DNA from: Xanthobacteraceae bacterium
Lineage (GTDB): Bacteria > Pseudomonadota > Alphaproteobacteria > Rhizobiales > Xanthobacteraceae
Length of the DNA stretch: 64,000 nt
Direction: 5' to 3'
Assembly: GCA_035693615.1 (NCBI GenBank)
Contig: DASSGH010000051.1
Location: 12,608-76,607 of the forward strand
Position numbers and translations under genes: made by a program
Part shown: in pieces, positions 51,181-60,647 of the stretch
Layout: each line of letters starts with the position of its first letter
Numbering within the stretch: the first letter of the stretch is position 1
Notes under the pieces: generated by a model
Told to the model about the DNA's origin: nothing
The model's input: only the letters and a program-made list of their open reading frames with translations
The model's database searches: none

Positions 51181-51720
51181 ATGGCGCAACCGCGTCAACA
51201 GCCGCAGCCGCAACCCGACTCGCAACCGCAACCGCAGAAGGCGTTTCCGGTCTCATGGGACCAATTTCATCGCGACGCCCGCGCGCTGGCCTGGCGGCTG
51301 TCCGGCGCCGGGCCATTTCAGGCGATCGTGTGTGTGACCCGCGGCGGTCTCGTGCCCGCCGCCATCGTCGCGCGCGAGCTTGGCATCCGCCTGATCGAGA
51401 CGGTATGCGTGGCGAGCTACAATCACATCACCCAGGGCGAGCTCAACGTGCTCAAGGACGTAGCGCGCAGCATCGTCGGCATCGGCGGCGGACGCGGCAA
51501 GGGCGTGCTGATCGTCGATGATCTCGTCGATACCGGCAAGACCGCCAAGGTCGTGCGCGAGCTGCTGCCGGAGGCGCATTTCGCGACGGTCTATGCGAAG
51601 CCCATGGGCCGGCCGATGGTCGACACCTTCATCACCGAAGTCTCGCAGGACACTTGGATTTATTTCCCTTGGGACACCGGGCTTGCATTCCAGCCGCCCA
51701 TCCGCGAGGGCGAAATCTAG
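51181..51720 (+). CDS. gpt: xanthine-guanine phosphoribosyltransferase with Gln/Pro-rich N-terminal extension
   Basis: It shows [16 protein letters not shown], the [17 protein letters not shown] motif and WIYFPWD. The only in-frame start is the ATG at 51181, giving [20 protein letters not shown]. Confidence 0.85.
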   Translation: MAQPRQQPQPQPDSQPQPQKAFPVSWDQFHRDARALAWRLSGAGPFQAIVCVTRGGLVPAAIVARELGIRLIETVCVASYNHITQGELNVLKDVARSIVGIGGGRGKGVLIVDDLVDTGKTAKVVRELLPEAHFATVYAKPMGRPMVDTFITEVSQDTWIYFPWDTGLAFQPPIREGEI

Positions 51721-51789
51721 CGGCGCGCCGCAGCGCGTTGGGCTATCATCGCGGCAACACTTGGATATCCGATCAAGGAGGAACCGCCC

Positions 51790-52239
51790 ATGGATGCCGT
51801 CACCCCGAAGTCGCAGAAGTCCGCCGAGGAGCACTCCCACGTCGTACGCCCGGCCGACATGCAATGGCAGCAGACCCGCTTTCCCGGCTGCGAGGTGAAG
51901 ACGCTGTTGTTCGACCGCGCGAGCGGGCTCGTTACCGCGCTGATGCGCTGTGCGCCGGGCGCCGTGCTGCCCGACCATGAGCATGTGAAGATCGAGCAGA
52001 CCTACATGCTCGAGGGCAAGCTCGTCGACAAGGAAGGCCCCGTCGCCGGGCTCGAGGTCAAGGCTGGCGAGTTCGTCTGGCGCGAGTGCGGCAGCCGCCA
52101 TGTGGCCTGGGCGCCCGAAGGCGGGCTGATGCTGGCGATGTTCCAGATCCCGAATAAGTTCTATGAGCGCGACGGCCGCGTCACCGACGTCAGCGGGCAG
52201 GATTGGGAAGACGTCTGGGGGCGTGCGCTGAAGGGCTAG
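51790..52239 (+). CDS. cupin domain-containing protein (ChrR-like cupin)
   Basis: 149 aa with the cupin pattern PGAVLPDHEHVKIEQTYMLEG...H. Confidence 0.65.
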   Translation: MDAVTPKSQKSAEEHSHVVRPADMQWQQTRFPGCEVKTLLFDRASGLVTALMRCAPGAVLPDHEHVKIEQTYMLEGKLVDKEGPVAGLEVKAGEFVWRECGSRHVAWAPEGGLMLAMFQIPNKFYERDGRVTDVSGQDWEDVWGRALKG

Positions 52240-52360
52240 GCGGCGCTGCGCTTCGCTCCGGCGCGCCGATCATGGGCGCGTCCGAAATCGGGCCCCTGAG
52301 AAGCACGAGTCGGGTAACATCCCATCCGCGTGCGTAAGCGTTGCGACAGCGCTTGCGCCC

Positions 52361-52448
52361 GGCCGCGTGGTGGAACGGTAGACACAGCAGACTTAAAATC
52401 TGCTTCTGGGAAACCGGAGTGCCGGTTCGAGTCCGGCCGCGGCCACCA
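52361..52448 (+). tRNA. tRNA-Leu (anticodon UAA), CCA encoded
   Basis: The acceptor stem GGCCGCG pairs with CGCGGCC. The D arm is GTGGAACGGTAGACAC, the anticodon loop is CT-TAA-AA, there is a long variable arm, and the T arm is GCCGG-TTCGAGT-CCGGC. The discriminator A is at 52445, followed by CCA. Confidence 0.9.
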
Positions 52449-52537
52449 AAATGATGAGCAATGCGCGGTTAGCCTGCAAATGCCTGATCTTGCATTCGCG
52501 ATGAAATGCCGCAGACGGCCCTCCCGAAACCCGATCC

Positions 52538-53113
52538 TCACGCCGCAGGCTTCTCGATGATCAAATTTCCCTCGTCATCCACAGTCAGCCCAGTCTTCCT
52601 CGCCTCCTCCAGCACTGAGGGATGCCAGTCAACCTTCCCTGCGTCGGGACCACCGATGATAGCCATCAAGAGCGCGTCAGGTGCGTCGGTGAGACTTCTG
52701 AAACCTCGGTAGATACCGATAGGAACGTTGATCACGTCTCCTTCATCGAGATCGACCGTGCGCTCCTCCTCGCCATCCAGCCAGAAAACTTGCCATCGAC
52801 CCTTCACCGGGATGAAAACCTCCTCAGTCGCGTGCCGGTGCAGCGCCGCTCCCTTGCCAGTCTTGGCACGCACATAGGTGACCGAAAAGCCCACTGCGCC
52901 TTCCTTTACGTTGGGCTTGAGCGCGGCATTCTCGGTGACTCCCATACCAACCATGTTGATGATGTCGCGCTCGTAGCGCGGAATGCGCTGGTCAAGGAAA
53001 GCCACATCAAGCGCCTCCACGTTTCCCACACGCGCGACGCACTCGCGCTCCATCTTTTCCTTTGAGATGCGAGGAACAGGCTTTCCCGCGATGCGTGGAT
53101 CAACAACGGACAT
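52538..53113 (-). CDS. cupin domain-containing protein
   Basis: 191 aa with the cupin core GAALHRHATEEVFIPVKGRWQV...GDVINVP. Confidence 0.6.
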   Translation of the reverse strand: MSVVDPRIAGKPVPRISKEKMERECVARVGNVEALDVAFLDQRIPRYERDIINMVGMGVTENAALKPNVKEGAVGFSVTYVRAKTGKGAALHRHATEEVFIPVKGRWQVFWLDGEEERTVDLDEGDVINVPIGIYRGFRSLTDAPDALLMAIIGGPDAGKVDWHPSVLEEARKTGLTVDDEGNLIIEKPAA

Positions 53114-53196
53114 GGTCTTCTCCCTGATAAGTTGCGGCTTGGCTCAGAGCTCCGATCCCAGCATGAATTGAAGCTGCATCTCTTGCGGCGGCCCTA

Positions 53197-54690
53197 TCAG
53201 ATGTTCTGCAGGCGCAGCACCTTGGCGGTCTCGGCGCGCACGCGCCGGCAGAGCGCCGCGTCGTCGATGATAGACTCGCCGTAGGACGGGATCATCTGCT
53301 TGAGCTTGGCGGTCCACGCCTTGAGCTCGCCGGCAAAGCAGCGCTCGAGAACCTCAATCGCGATCCAGACGGCCGTGGATGCTCCGGGCGATGCGCCCAG
53401 CAGCGCGACCAGCGAGTGGTCGGACGCCGGCACGAGTTCCGTTCCGAATTCGAGGACACCGGTGCGCCGGGCGTCCGGCTTGATGATCTGCACGCGCTGT
53501 CCCGCCACCTCGAGCCGCCAATCCTGCGCACGTGCGCGCGGGTAATAGCCCTGCAAGGTGGAGAGCCGTTGCTTCGAGGTCAGCAGTACCTGACCGATCA
53601 GATATTTGGTCAAATCGAAGTTGTCGCGGGCCACCGCGAGCAACGGCCCGATATTGCTCGGCCGGATGGAGAGGAAAAGATCGAGCAGCGAGCCGTGCTT
53701 CAAGAATTTCGTGGAGAAGCCCGCGTATGGTCCGAACAGGAGCGAATGCTGTCCGCCGATTATGCGCGTATCGAGATGAGGAACGGACATCGGCGGGGAG
53801 CCGACCGCGGCCTTGCCGTAGACTTTGGCATGATGGCGCTTGTTCAGCTCGGGATCGTCGCAGCGCAGCCAGATGCCGCTCACGGGAAACCCGCCATAGC
53901 CCTTTTCCTCCGGGATGCCGGTTTTTTGCAACAGCGGCAGTGCGCCGCCGCCGGCGCCGAGAAAGACGAACTTTGCGGTGGTCGATCGTCGCTCGCCGCT
54001 GTTTGTGTCCTTGGCCTCGAGCCGCCAGCGCCCACCGGGCTCGCGAGCGATATTGTCGACGTGGTGGGAGCAGTGGACGGCAAAGCCCGGCAGTCGCTTG
54101 AGATAGCCGATGAGATGGCGGGTGAGGGACCCGTAATCGACGTCGGCACCGGTGATCATGCGGGTCACGGCCACGGTCTCATTCGGCGCGCGGCCTTCCA
54201 TCACGAGCGGAACCCATTCCGCGATTTTCTGCTTGTCCTCCGTGTATTCCATCCCTTCGTAGGTGTGGTGCGCGGTCAGCGCTGCGTGTCGCTTTTTGAG
54301 AAAAGCCACGTCTTCGGCGCCGCTAACGAGACTCATATGCGGACAGGGATGGATGAACGAGCGCGGATCGGCGATTGCACCCTTCGTCACGAGATAGGAC
54401 CACAGCTGCCGGGAGAGGTCGAACTCGACGTTGACCTCGAGCGCCTTCGAAATATCGATGCTGCCGTCGCTTCGTTCCGGCGTGTAGTTGAGCTCGCATA
54501 ACGCCGCGTGTCCGGTGCCGGCATTATTCCAGGCGTCGGAGCTCTCCTCGGCCGCGCCGTCCAATGTCTCGAACATCTCCACGGTGAGGGTGGGCTCGAG
54601 CTCTTTGAGGAACACGGCCAAGGTGGCGCTCATGATGCCGGCGCCGACCATCACGACATCCGGCTGCGATAGGGGACGATTTTCGGCCAT
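53197..54690 (-). CDS. mqo: malate:quinone oxidoreductase
   Basis: 497 aa with the FAD motif [15 protein letters not shown] and Mqo-typical sequence throughout. Confidence 0.9.
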   Translation of the reverse strand: MAENRPLSQPDVVMVGAGIMSATLAVFLKELEPTLTVEMFETLDGAAEESSDAWNNAGTGHAALCELNYTPERSDGSIDISKALEVNVEFDLSRQLWSYLVTKGAIADPRSFIHPCPHMSLVSGAEDVAFLKKRHAALTAHHTYEGMEYTEDKQKIAEWVPLVMEGRAPNETVAVTRMITGADVDYGSLTRHLIGYLKRLPGFAVHCSHHVDNIAREPGGRWRLEAKDTNSGERRSTTAKFVFLGAGGGALPLLQKTGIPEEKGYGGFPVSGIWLRCDDPELNKRHHAKVYGKAAVGSPPMSVPHLDTRIIGGQHSLLFGPYAGFSTKFLKHGSLLDLFLSIRPSNIGPLLAVARDNFDLTKYLIGQVLLTSKQRLSTLQGYYPRARAQDWRLEVAGQRVQIIKPDARRTGVLEFGTELVPASDHSLVALLGASPGASTAVWIAIEVLERCFAGELKAWTAKLKQMIPSYGESIIDDAALCRRVRAETAKVLRLQNI

Positions 54691-54736
54691 GAATTCCTCC
54701 GATCAGGCCCGCCAGGCGGCCTGCCTTAAGGGGCGC

Positions 54737-56005
54737 TTACGCCAGCGCAACCATGCCGCTCCAGAATTGTTGACCCTTGCCAGTATCGACATCGTACTTG
54801 CGCACAAAAGCGAGCGTGCCGTCGGCATTGATGCGATAGACGGTGATGCCGGCGGTGAGCGCCTTGACCGCGTTGCCGTCGCGCACCAACAGCGGCTTGA
54901 TGCTCGCCGCCAGCAACAGCCGCCCGGTCGGATCGATGCCGAAGGTCCGCAGTTGGATGCCGTGACCCTCGATCGTCTGGATCAGGTTCGGCTCGCCGGT
55001 CTTCTCATCGATGGCGAAGACCGCAATGTTATTCTCGCCGTCATTGAAGACTCTTCGGCTTTGCAAGTCCACCTCGTCCTGATTGCGGTTGGTGACATAG
55101 ACGAAGCGGCCGTTCGGATGGACGTGGATTGCTCCCGCGCCTTGACCCGGTTTGACATTGACGGGATCGGCCAAGGTGTCTTTCACGAATAGCGCCTCGC
55201 GCCCGAGTACGCCGTCGGATTGAAGCATGTAGGCATAGAGCTTGTTCTGCCGCTCGACCGAGACATAGACCCACGGCTTGCTCGGGTGGAAATCAAGATG
55301 CCGCGGTCCGAAGCCCAGGCCGCTTCCGGGGGCGATCGAAGCAAGATTCGCCAGCGCCCCGTGCTTGAATGCGAAGAGCTTGAGCGCGCCCGGGTCTTCG
55401 GGCTTTCCATCGGCGGCGTTATTGCCGCGCGTGACCAGGATCGCGGCCATGTTGTCCGGCGTCGTGCGGATCTGATGGGCGTAGATGCCGGTATCGAGCT
55501 TGTCGGCCTGCTGCATGGCCTCGCCGATGGAGCCGTCGGCGTTGAGCCGGTGCACGCTGACGCTGCTCGGAGCGTTGTAGGCGGTCAGCAGGTACCCGCC
55601 GGCGGCGTCGACGCTCACATGGATCGGACGCGAGGCCGGCGATCGCGGCTCTCCGTGCGGCTGCAGCGACCCCGATGCCGGATCGATGCGGAAGGCGTTA
55701 GCGATGTGCGTCGTGCCGGCGACGCCCGGCCCGCCGTCGCTGGACACGACGTAGAGGTAACGCTTCGAGGGGTGGGGCCAAGCATATTGCACGTTGGCGG
55801 GCAGGACGACGGTGCTGCGTTTTTCAAGCGCAGCCTCGGCGACGTCCACGCCGAATAGGGTCAGCTGCGGGCCGGTGCTGGCGTAGAAAACCGTGTTTGC
55901 CGTCACCTGGCCACTCCAGGCGAATTTGCAGCCCTCCAGGCAATCCGCCTCCGCGAGCTTGAGCGATGGGCCGCATGAGGCTCGTTTCCGTCGCGGAATT
56001 TCCAT
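54737..56005 (-). CDS. lactonase family beta-propeller protein (6-phosphogluconolactonase / cycloisomerase-2 type)
   Basis: 422-aa track ORF. A GTG at 55904-55906 (VTANTVFYASTGPQL, GGAG upstream) would give a more typical 390 aa. Confidence 0.6.
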   Translation of the reverse strand: MEIPRRKRASCGPSLKLAEADCLEGCKFAWSGQVTANTVFYASTGPQLTLFGVDVAEAALEKRSTVVLPANVQYAWPHPSKRYLYVVSSDGGPGVAGTTHIANAFRIDPASGSLQPHGEPRSPASRPIHVSVDAAGGYLLTAYNAPSSVSVHRLNADGSIGEAMQQADKLDTGIYAHQIRTTPDNMAAILVTRGNNAADGKPEDPGALKLFAFKHGALANLASIAPGSGLGFGPRHLDFHPSKPWVYVSVERQNKLYAYMLQSDGVLGREALFVKDTLADPVNVKPGQGAGAIHVHPNGRFVYVTNRNQDEVDLQSRRVFNDGENNIAVFAIDEKTGEPNLIQTIEGHGIQLRTFGIDPTGRLLLAASIKPLLVRDGNAVKALTAGITVYRINADGTLAFVRKYDVDTGKGQQFWSGMVALA

Positions 56006-56034
56006 AAGCTGGCGGCCGCATCATCGAGGGTCAC

Positions 56035-56835
56035 ATGCGTCTCAAGGATAAAATCGCCATCGTCGTCGGCGCAGGCCAATCCCCAGGCGAGGGCATGGGC
56101 AACGGCCGCGCCACCGTGCTGCGCTTCGCTCAAGAAGGGGCCAAGGTGCTCGCCGTCGATAATCATCTCGGCTCCGCCGAAGAGACGGTGGCGATGGCGC
56201 GGCAGTCGGGCGGGGAATGCGTCGCGTTCGAGGCGGATGTTACCAAAGAGGCGACGCTCGCCGCCATGGCCGAGGCCGCACGGCGGCAATGGGGCCGCAT
56301 CGATGTGCTGCACTACAACGTCGGCGTGAGTATTGCCGGAGGTGATGCGCCGCTCGCCGAGATCACCGAGGCGGCATTCGACCGCATTATGACGATCAAC
56401 CTGCGCGGTGCGATCATGGCGTGCAAGCATGTCTTGCCGGTAATGCGCGCGCAGCGCTCGGGGGTCGTCATCACGATTTCATCCGTCGCTGCGTGGGAGC
56501 AGTATCCGAACGTCGCTTACAAGGCAACCAAGGCCGGCATGATCGCCTTCACCCAGCAGCTTGCGATTCAGAACGCGGAATTCGGAGTGCGCGCCAACGT
56601 CATTCTGCCGGGATTGATGGACACGCCGATGGCGGTCGACACGCGTGCCCGCGTAAGCGGAAAGAGCCGGGCCGAGGTCGCCGCCTCCCGCGACAAGCGG
56701 GTGCCGCTTCGCCACAAGATGGGTACCGCTTGGGACGTGGCCAACGCAGCGCTCTTCCTCGCGTCCGACGAGGCCAATTTCATCACCGGCGTCGCGCTCC
56801 CGGTCGATGGCGGCGCGCTCGTCCACATCAACTAA
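56035..56835 (+). CDS. SDR family oxidoreductase
   Basis: 266 aa with VVGAGQSPGEGMG, NVG and a YKATK catalytic motif. Confidence 0.8.
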   Translation: MRLKDKIAIVVGAGQSPGEGMGNGRATVLRFAQEGAKVLAVDNHLGSAEETVAMARQSGGECVAFEADVTKEATLAAMAEAARRQWGRIDVLHYNVGVSIAGGDAPLAEITEAAFDRIMTINLRGAIMACKHVLPVMRAQRSGVVITISSVAAWEQYPNVAYKATKAGMIAFTQQLAIQNAEFGVRANVILPGLMDTPMAVDTRARVSGKSRAEVAASRDKRVPLRHKMGTAWDVANAALFLASDEANFITGVALPVDGGALVHIN

Positions 56836-56854
56836 GCGCGCGGCGAGGGGAGGA

Positions 56855-57160
56855 TCACCTGGTCTTTTCGATCTTCGTCACCGTGATCTGTCCGTTGATG
56901 CGATCGGCGTCGAATTTGACCTTGTCGCCGACTTTCACCTTCTTGAGCAGGGCCGGATCCTGGACGCGGAAGACCATCGTCATCCCTTCATCCATATTGA
57001 GCTTTTTGATCGGCCCGTGCTTTAGGGTGATCTTGCCCGCGGGTTCGTCGATCTTCGTCACCTGACCGCTGACCATGGCGGTTTGGGCCAGGCTGACGTT
57101 TGCGACCATCCCGCCCGAGAGAAAGAGCAGGCTCGCCGCTACGAGGCTGATCTTTCGCAT
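56855..57160 (-). CDS. periplasmic copper-binding protein, CusF-like
   Basis: 101 aa with a signal peptide and the ITLKHGPIKKLNMDEGMTMVFRV Met-rich CusF/CopK-type motif. Confidence 0.75.
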   Translation of the reverse strand: MRKISLVAASLLFLSGGMVANVSLAQTAMVSGQVTKIDEPAGKITLKHGPIKKLNMDEGMTMVFRVQDPALLKKVKVGDKVKFDADRINGQITVTKIEKTR

Positions 57161-57181
57161 CCACCGTCTCCGTTTGCTAGT

Positions 57182-57688
57182 TCACCTCACGATGACCTGC
57201 CCGAACATGCCCTTGTCGTAGTGCCCGGGAATGAGACAGGCGAACTCGAATGTGCCGCGCTTGGTGAATTTCCAAACGAGATCGCCGCTCTCATGCGGCA
57301 TGACGCGCTTCCCGTTCGGATCGGCATGCTCCATGTCGGGATGTCTTTTCATGACTTCGGCGTGCTTGCGGTTTTCGCCAACCGTCGCAAGGATGAATTC
57401 GTGATCTTCCTCGCCGTCGTTGTGCAGGACGAAACGGACTTGCTCCCCCCGGCGCACGTCGATGCGCGCGGGCTCAAAGCCCATCTTTCCTCCTCCTTCG
57501 AACATCTTGATCTTGACGATGCGCGCCGGCTTCTTCGGGTCGCCCGGCCGGCCGGCTGAAAACGTTCCGTGCTCCTCGTGGGCGGACGCCACGGTGATCA
57601 CCGCGATGTCTGTTACCGAGAGTGCGGCGCCCGCAGTCAGCAATATCCCTCCTGCGATAAAGACCCTGGCGTGTTTCAGCATGCTCAC
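57182..57688 (-). CDS. cupredoxin-fold (plastocyanin/azurin-like) copper-binding protein
   Basis: 168 aa with a signal anchor, a His-rich segment, and a type-1 Cu ligand pattern (H...C..PGH....M, seen as FACLIPGHYDKGMFG). Confidence 0.75.
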   Translation of the reverse strand: MSMLKHARVFIAGGILLTAGAALSVTDIAVITVASAHEEHGTFSAGRPGDPKKPARIVKIKMFEGGGKMGFEPARIDVRRGEQVRFVLHNDGEEDHEFILATVGENRKHAEVMKRHPDMEHADPNGKRVMPHESGDLVWKFTKRGTFEFACLIPGHYDKGMFGQVIVR

Positions 57689-57697
57689 TCCGATATT

Positions 57698-59074
57698 TCA
57701 GTGTCCCCTGTGGTTATTTCCAGGCCGGACCGCCTTGGGGCCTGCCTGAGGCTGGCTGGCGGCACCGCCTCGCTGGGGCGTCGGCACGGATGAGTTTGCG
57801 ACCTCGTGCGCTACGGTGCCCTGCGGGTGCTTGTAGTTGCCCGGATCCTTGTAGTCGTTGGGCGCAAGCCCTTCGCGGATCTTCATCAGCGTGAACATGC
57901 CGCCCATCTCGATCGGTCCGAACTGGCCGAAGCCGGTCATCATCGGCAGCGTGTTGTCGGGCGTCGGCATCTCCATCGCACCCATGTCGGCCATCCCCGC
58001 GCCACCCATCGGCATGTAGTCCGGCACAAGCTTGCGGACCTGCCGCGCAAGATCGCGCTTCTCCACGCCGATGAAGTTTCTGATGTTATGTCCCATTGCG
58101 TTCATCGCGTGGTGCGTCTTGTGACAGTGCAACGCCCAGTCGCCGGGATTGTCCGCAACCATGTCGAAGGCGCGGATGACCCCGACCGGGACATCGATCG
58201 TCGTCTCCGGCCATTGCGCGCTCTCGGGCACCCAACCGCCGTCCGTGCAGCTCACCGCAAAACGGTGCCCGTGTATGTGGATTGGATGGTTGGTCATGGT
58301 GAGATTGCCCATCCGCACGCGCACGCGGTCGCCGAGGCGCAGCGGCATGGGATCGATGCCGGGAAACACGCGGCTGTTCCAGGTCCACATGTTGAAATCG
58401 GTCATCTCGGCGACCTTCGGCAGAGAGGTGCCGGGGTCGATCAGATAGGCGCTCATGATGAAAACAAAGTCGCGATCGACGCGGCGAAACTTTGGGTCGC
58501 GCGGATGCACCACGAACATCCCCATCATGCCCATCGCCATTTGCACCATTTCGTCCGAATGCGGGTGATACATGAACGTCCCGCTGTGCTTCATCTCGAA
58601 CTCGTAGACGAATGTCTGCCCCGGCTTGATGTGCGGTTGCGTCACTCCGCCGACCCCGTCCATTCCGTTCGGCAGCAACATGCCGTGCCAGTGTACGGTC
58701 GTGTGCTCCGGCAGCTTATTGGTGACGAAGATGCGCACCTTGTCGCCTTCAACCGCTTCGATCGTCGGCCCCGGCGCCTGCCCGTTGTAGCCCCACAAGT
58801 TGACCTTCATGCCCGGCGCGAATTCGCGAACCACCGGCTCGGCGACCAGGTGGAACTCCTTCCAGTCGCCGTTCATGCGCCAAGGCAAGGTCCAGCCGTT
58901 GAGCGTGACGACCGGCTGATAGTCAGCTTCGTTCGTCGGAAAGAGCGGCGGCTGCATGGTGGTTGTCTTGGTGCTCGGCGCCTCGGGAATGCTCGCGGCC
59001 TGCACACGGCCGCTGATCGCAGTTGCGCTGGTCAGCACCGCAGCCGTGCCGAGAAAACCTCTACGCGAAATCAT
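57698..59074 (-). CDS. multicopper oxidase (CopA/PcoA-type copper resistance oxidase) with Tat signal
   Basis: 458 aa. It shows MISRRGFLGTAAV (twin-Arg), HWHG, and an HCH...H....M copper centre motif (WALHCHKTHHAMNAM). Confidence 0.85.
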   Translation of the reverse strand: MISRRGFLGTAAVLTSATAISGRVQAASIPEAPSTKTTTMQPPLFPTNEADYQPVVTLNGWTLPWRMNGDWKEFHLVAEPVVREFAPGMKVNLWGYNGQAPGPTIEAVEGDKVRIFVTNKLPEHTTVHWHGMLLPNGMDGVGGVTQPHIKPGQTFVYEFEMKHSGTFMYHPHSDEMVQMAMGMMGMFVVHPRDPKFRRVDRDFVFIMSAYLIDPGTSLPKVAEMTDFNMWTWNSRVFPGIDPMPLRLGDRVRVRMGNLTMTNHPIHIHGHRFAVSCTDGGWVPESAQWPETTIDVPVGVIRAFDMVADNPGDWALHCHKTHHAMNAMGHNIRNFIGVEKRDLARQVRKLVPDYMPMGGAGMADMGAMEMPTPDNTLPMMTGFGQFGPIEMGGMFTLMKIREGLAPNDYKDPGNYKHPQGTVAHEVANSSVPTPQRGGAASQPQAGPKAVRPGNNHRGH

Positions 59075-59086
59075 GACCTTCTCCTT

Positions 59087-60574
59087 TTAGCGTGTGCCGA
59101 CCTCGCTGGCCGATGCGGCCGCGGGGTTTGCGCGTTCTTGTCGATTGGCCGACTTCCCGCCGCCGGAGATCGCCGCCTTGAGGTCGACCGTGGCCAGCCA
59201 GAAGTCCCGCTTTGCCTCGATCGCGGTGATGGTCGCCGCGATGCGCTGGCGCGCCTCTGCGAGCAGCGAAAACACGTCGATTAGCATCGCGTTGTAGCGA
59301 AGCAGTGTTTCGTCGGAGATGATCTTGCGCAGCGGCAAGACCTCGCGCTGGTAATGGCCGGCGATCTCGTAGGTCGAGCGGTAAACGCGGTAAGTATCGC
59401 GCGCCTCCGAGCGCGCGTTGACCGACATTTCCAGCAGCCGATTGACGGACTGCATGTAGGTCGCTTCGGCTTGGCGGACGCGAACCTCGCCGAAATCAAA
59501 TATCGGTATTTGCAATCGGACATCGAACCCGCGCATGAGAAAGCGTTCGTCGGGTCGCTTTTCCAGCTTATCGGCGTAGCCGCCATCGAGGATGTTGATG
59601 AACCGCGTCGCTTGGGTGAGGCCGTAGGATTTCGCAAGCAGGTCGAGCTCGATGCGAGCGATCTGCAGATCGACGCGCCGGGCGATGGCGTCAGCCTCGA
59701 TGCCCGTCCATGTCTGAGCACGACGCGGCACCGCGGGCAGCGCATTGGGAAGCAGGAAATCGACATTTGAGCCCCAGAGTCCCATTGCCCGGATGAGTGC
59801 CTCGCGCTCGCTTGCCTCGCGCTGGCGCGCGGTTACGACCTGCGCGGTCAAATCGGCATAGAAGACCTGCTCGCGCGCCTGATCGAGCCTGTTCATTGCC
59901 CCGGTTTCGCCGAGGCGAGCGGCCAGGCGGGTCGCGGTTTCGGCCGCCGACTGCGATTGCGCCAGGAAGGGGACAAGTTCGTGCGCGGCAACGGCGCGAT
60001 AGTAGGCGCGCCGCGCTTCGTGGGCGACGCGGAGCGTCTCTTCGGCGGCACGCAGCTGTGCTTGATGGAAGCGTTCTGCGGCAACCTCGGACCGCGCCGG
60101 CAGCGTCGCAAGCGCGATGATATTGGTGACGAGTTGCATCTCGCTTTCGAGCGCCGGCCCCGCCTGGATGCGTCGCCACGAAAAGGTCGGATTGGGCGGA
60201 AGGCTTTGTCCGACCCGTTCGGCATCGGCAATGACGAGTTCGTCGTAGGCTGCCTGCAGCCCGCGGTTGTTGAGCAGCGAGATCTGCACCGCCGCGTCGG
60301 CCGTTAGGGTGCGGCTGAGAAGGCGGCGAACGGTGGCGGCGGCTGCTTCGGCTTCTTCGGGCGAGCGGATCGCAGCCGCGTCCTTGTTGAGCTCCTGCTG
60401 TGCGATGGTCGCGACCACGTCCATGCCCGCGTCCGGTGCAAACCAGGTGCAGCCGGAAAGGAGCATTGCCGAGGCCAAGCCTGCCACAATGGCGACCGTG
60501 CCGAACCCGGGCCGGAACGCCCGCGTAACCGCCGGCCCGCCGGCGGCAGCGAACTTCCGAATATGTACGGACAT
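59087..60574 (-). CDS. TolC/NodT family outer membrane efflux lipoprotein
   Basis: I prefer the start at MSVHIRKF (60572-60574, GAGGTG RBS). It has the lipobox LLSGC and two TolC-type repeat halves. Confidence 0.75.
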   Translation of the reverse strand: MSVHIRKFAAAGGPAVTRAFRPGFGTVAIVAGLASAMLLSGCTWFAPDAGMDVVATIAQQELNKDAAAIRSPEEAEAAAATVRRLLSRTLTADAAVQISLLNNRGLQAAYDELVIADAERVGQSLPPNPTFSWRRIQAGPALESEMQLVTNIIALATLPARSEVAAERFHQAQLRAAEETLRVAHEARRAYYRAVAAHELVPFLAQSQSAAETATRLAARLGETGAMNRLDQAREQVFYADLTAQVVTARQREASEREALIRAMGLWGSNVDFLLPNALPAVPRRAQTWTGIEADAIARRVDLQIARIELDLLAKSYGLTQATRFINILDGGYADKLEKRPDERFLMRGFDVRLQIPIFDFGEVRVRQAEATYMQSVNRLLEMSVNARSEARDTYRVYRSTYEIAGHYQREVLPLRKIISDETLLRYNAMLIDVFSLLAEARQRIAATITAIEAKRDFWLATVDLKAAISGGGKSANRQERANPAAASASEVGTR

Positions 60575-60647
60575 GAACACCTCGACTGTCGATTGCCGTC
60601 GGGCGCGCAAGACCTTCGGCCGCGCGCGCCAATTCCAGCTTCGACAG

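Noticed and set aside
52236-52541. 101-aa minus-strand ORF
   Set aside because: It overlaps the tRNA-Leu gene on the opposite strand. It has no motifs.
53416-54501. 361-aa plus-strand ORF
   Set aside because: It is antisense to mqo. It is a shadow ORF.
57806-59284. 492-aa plus-strand ORF
   Set aside because: It is antisense to the multicopper oxidase and the end of the OMP gene. It is a shadow ORF.
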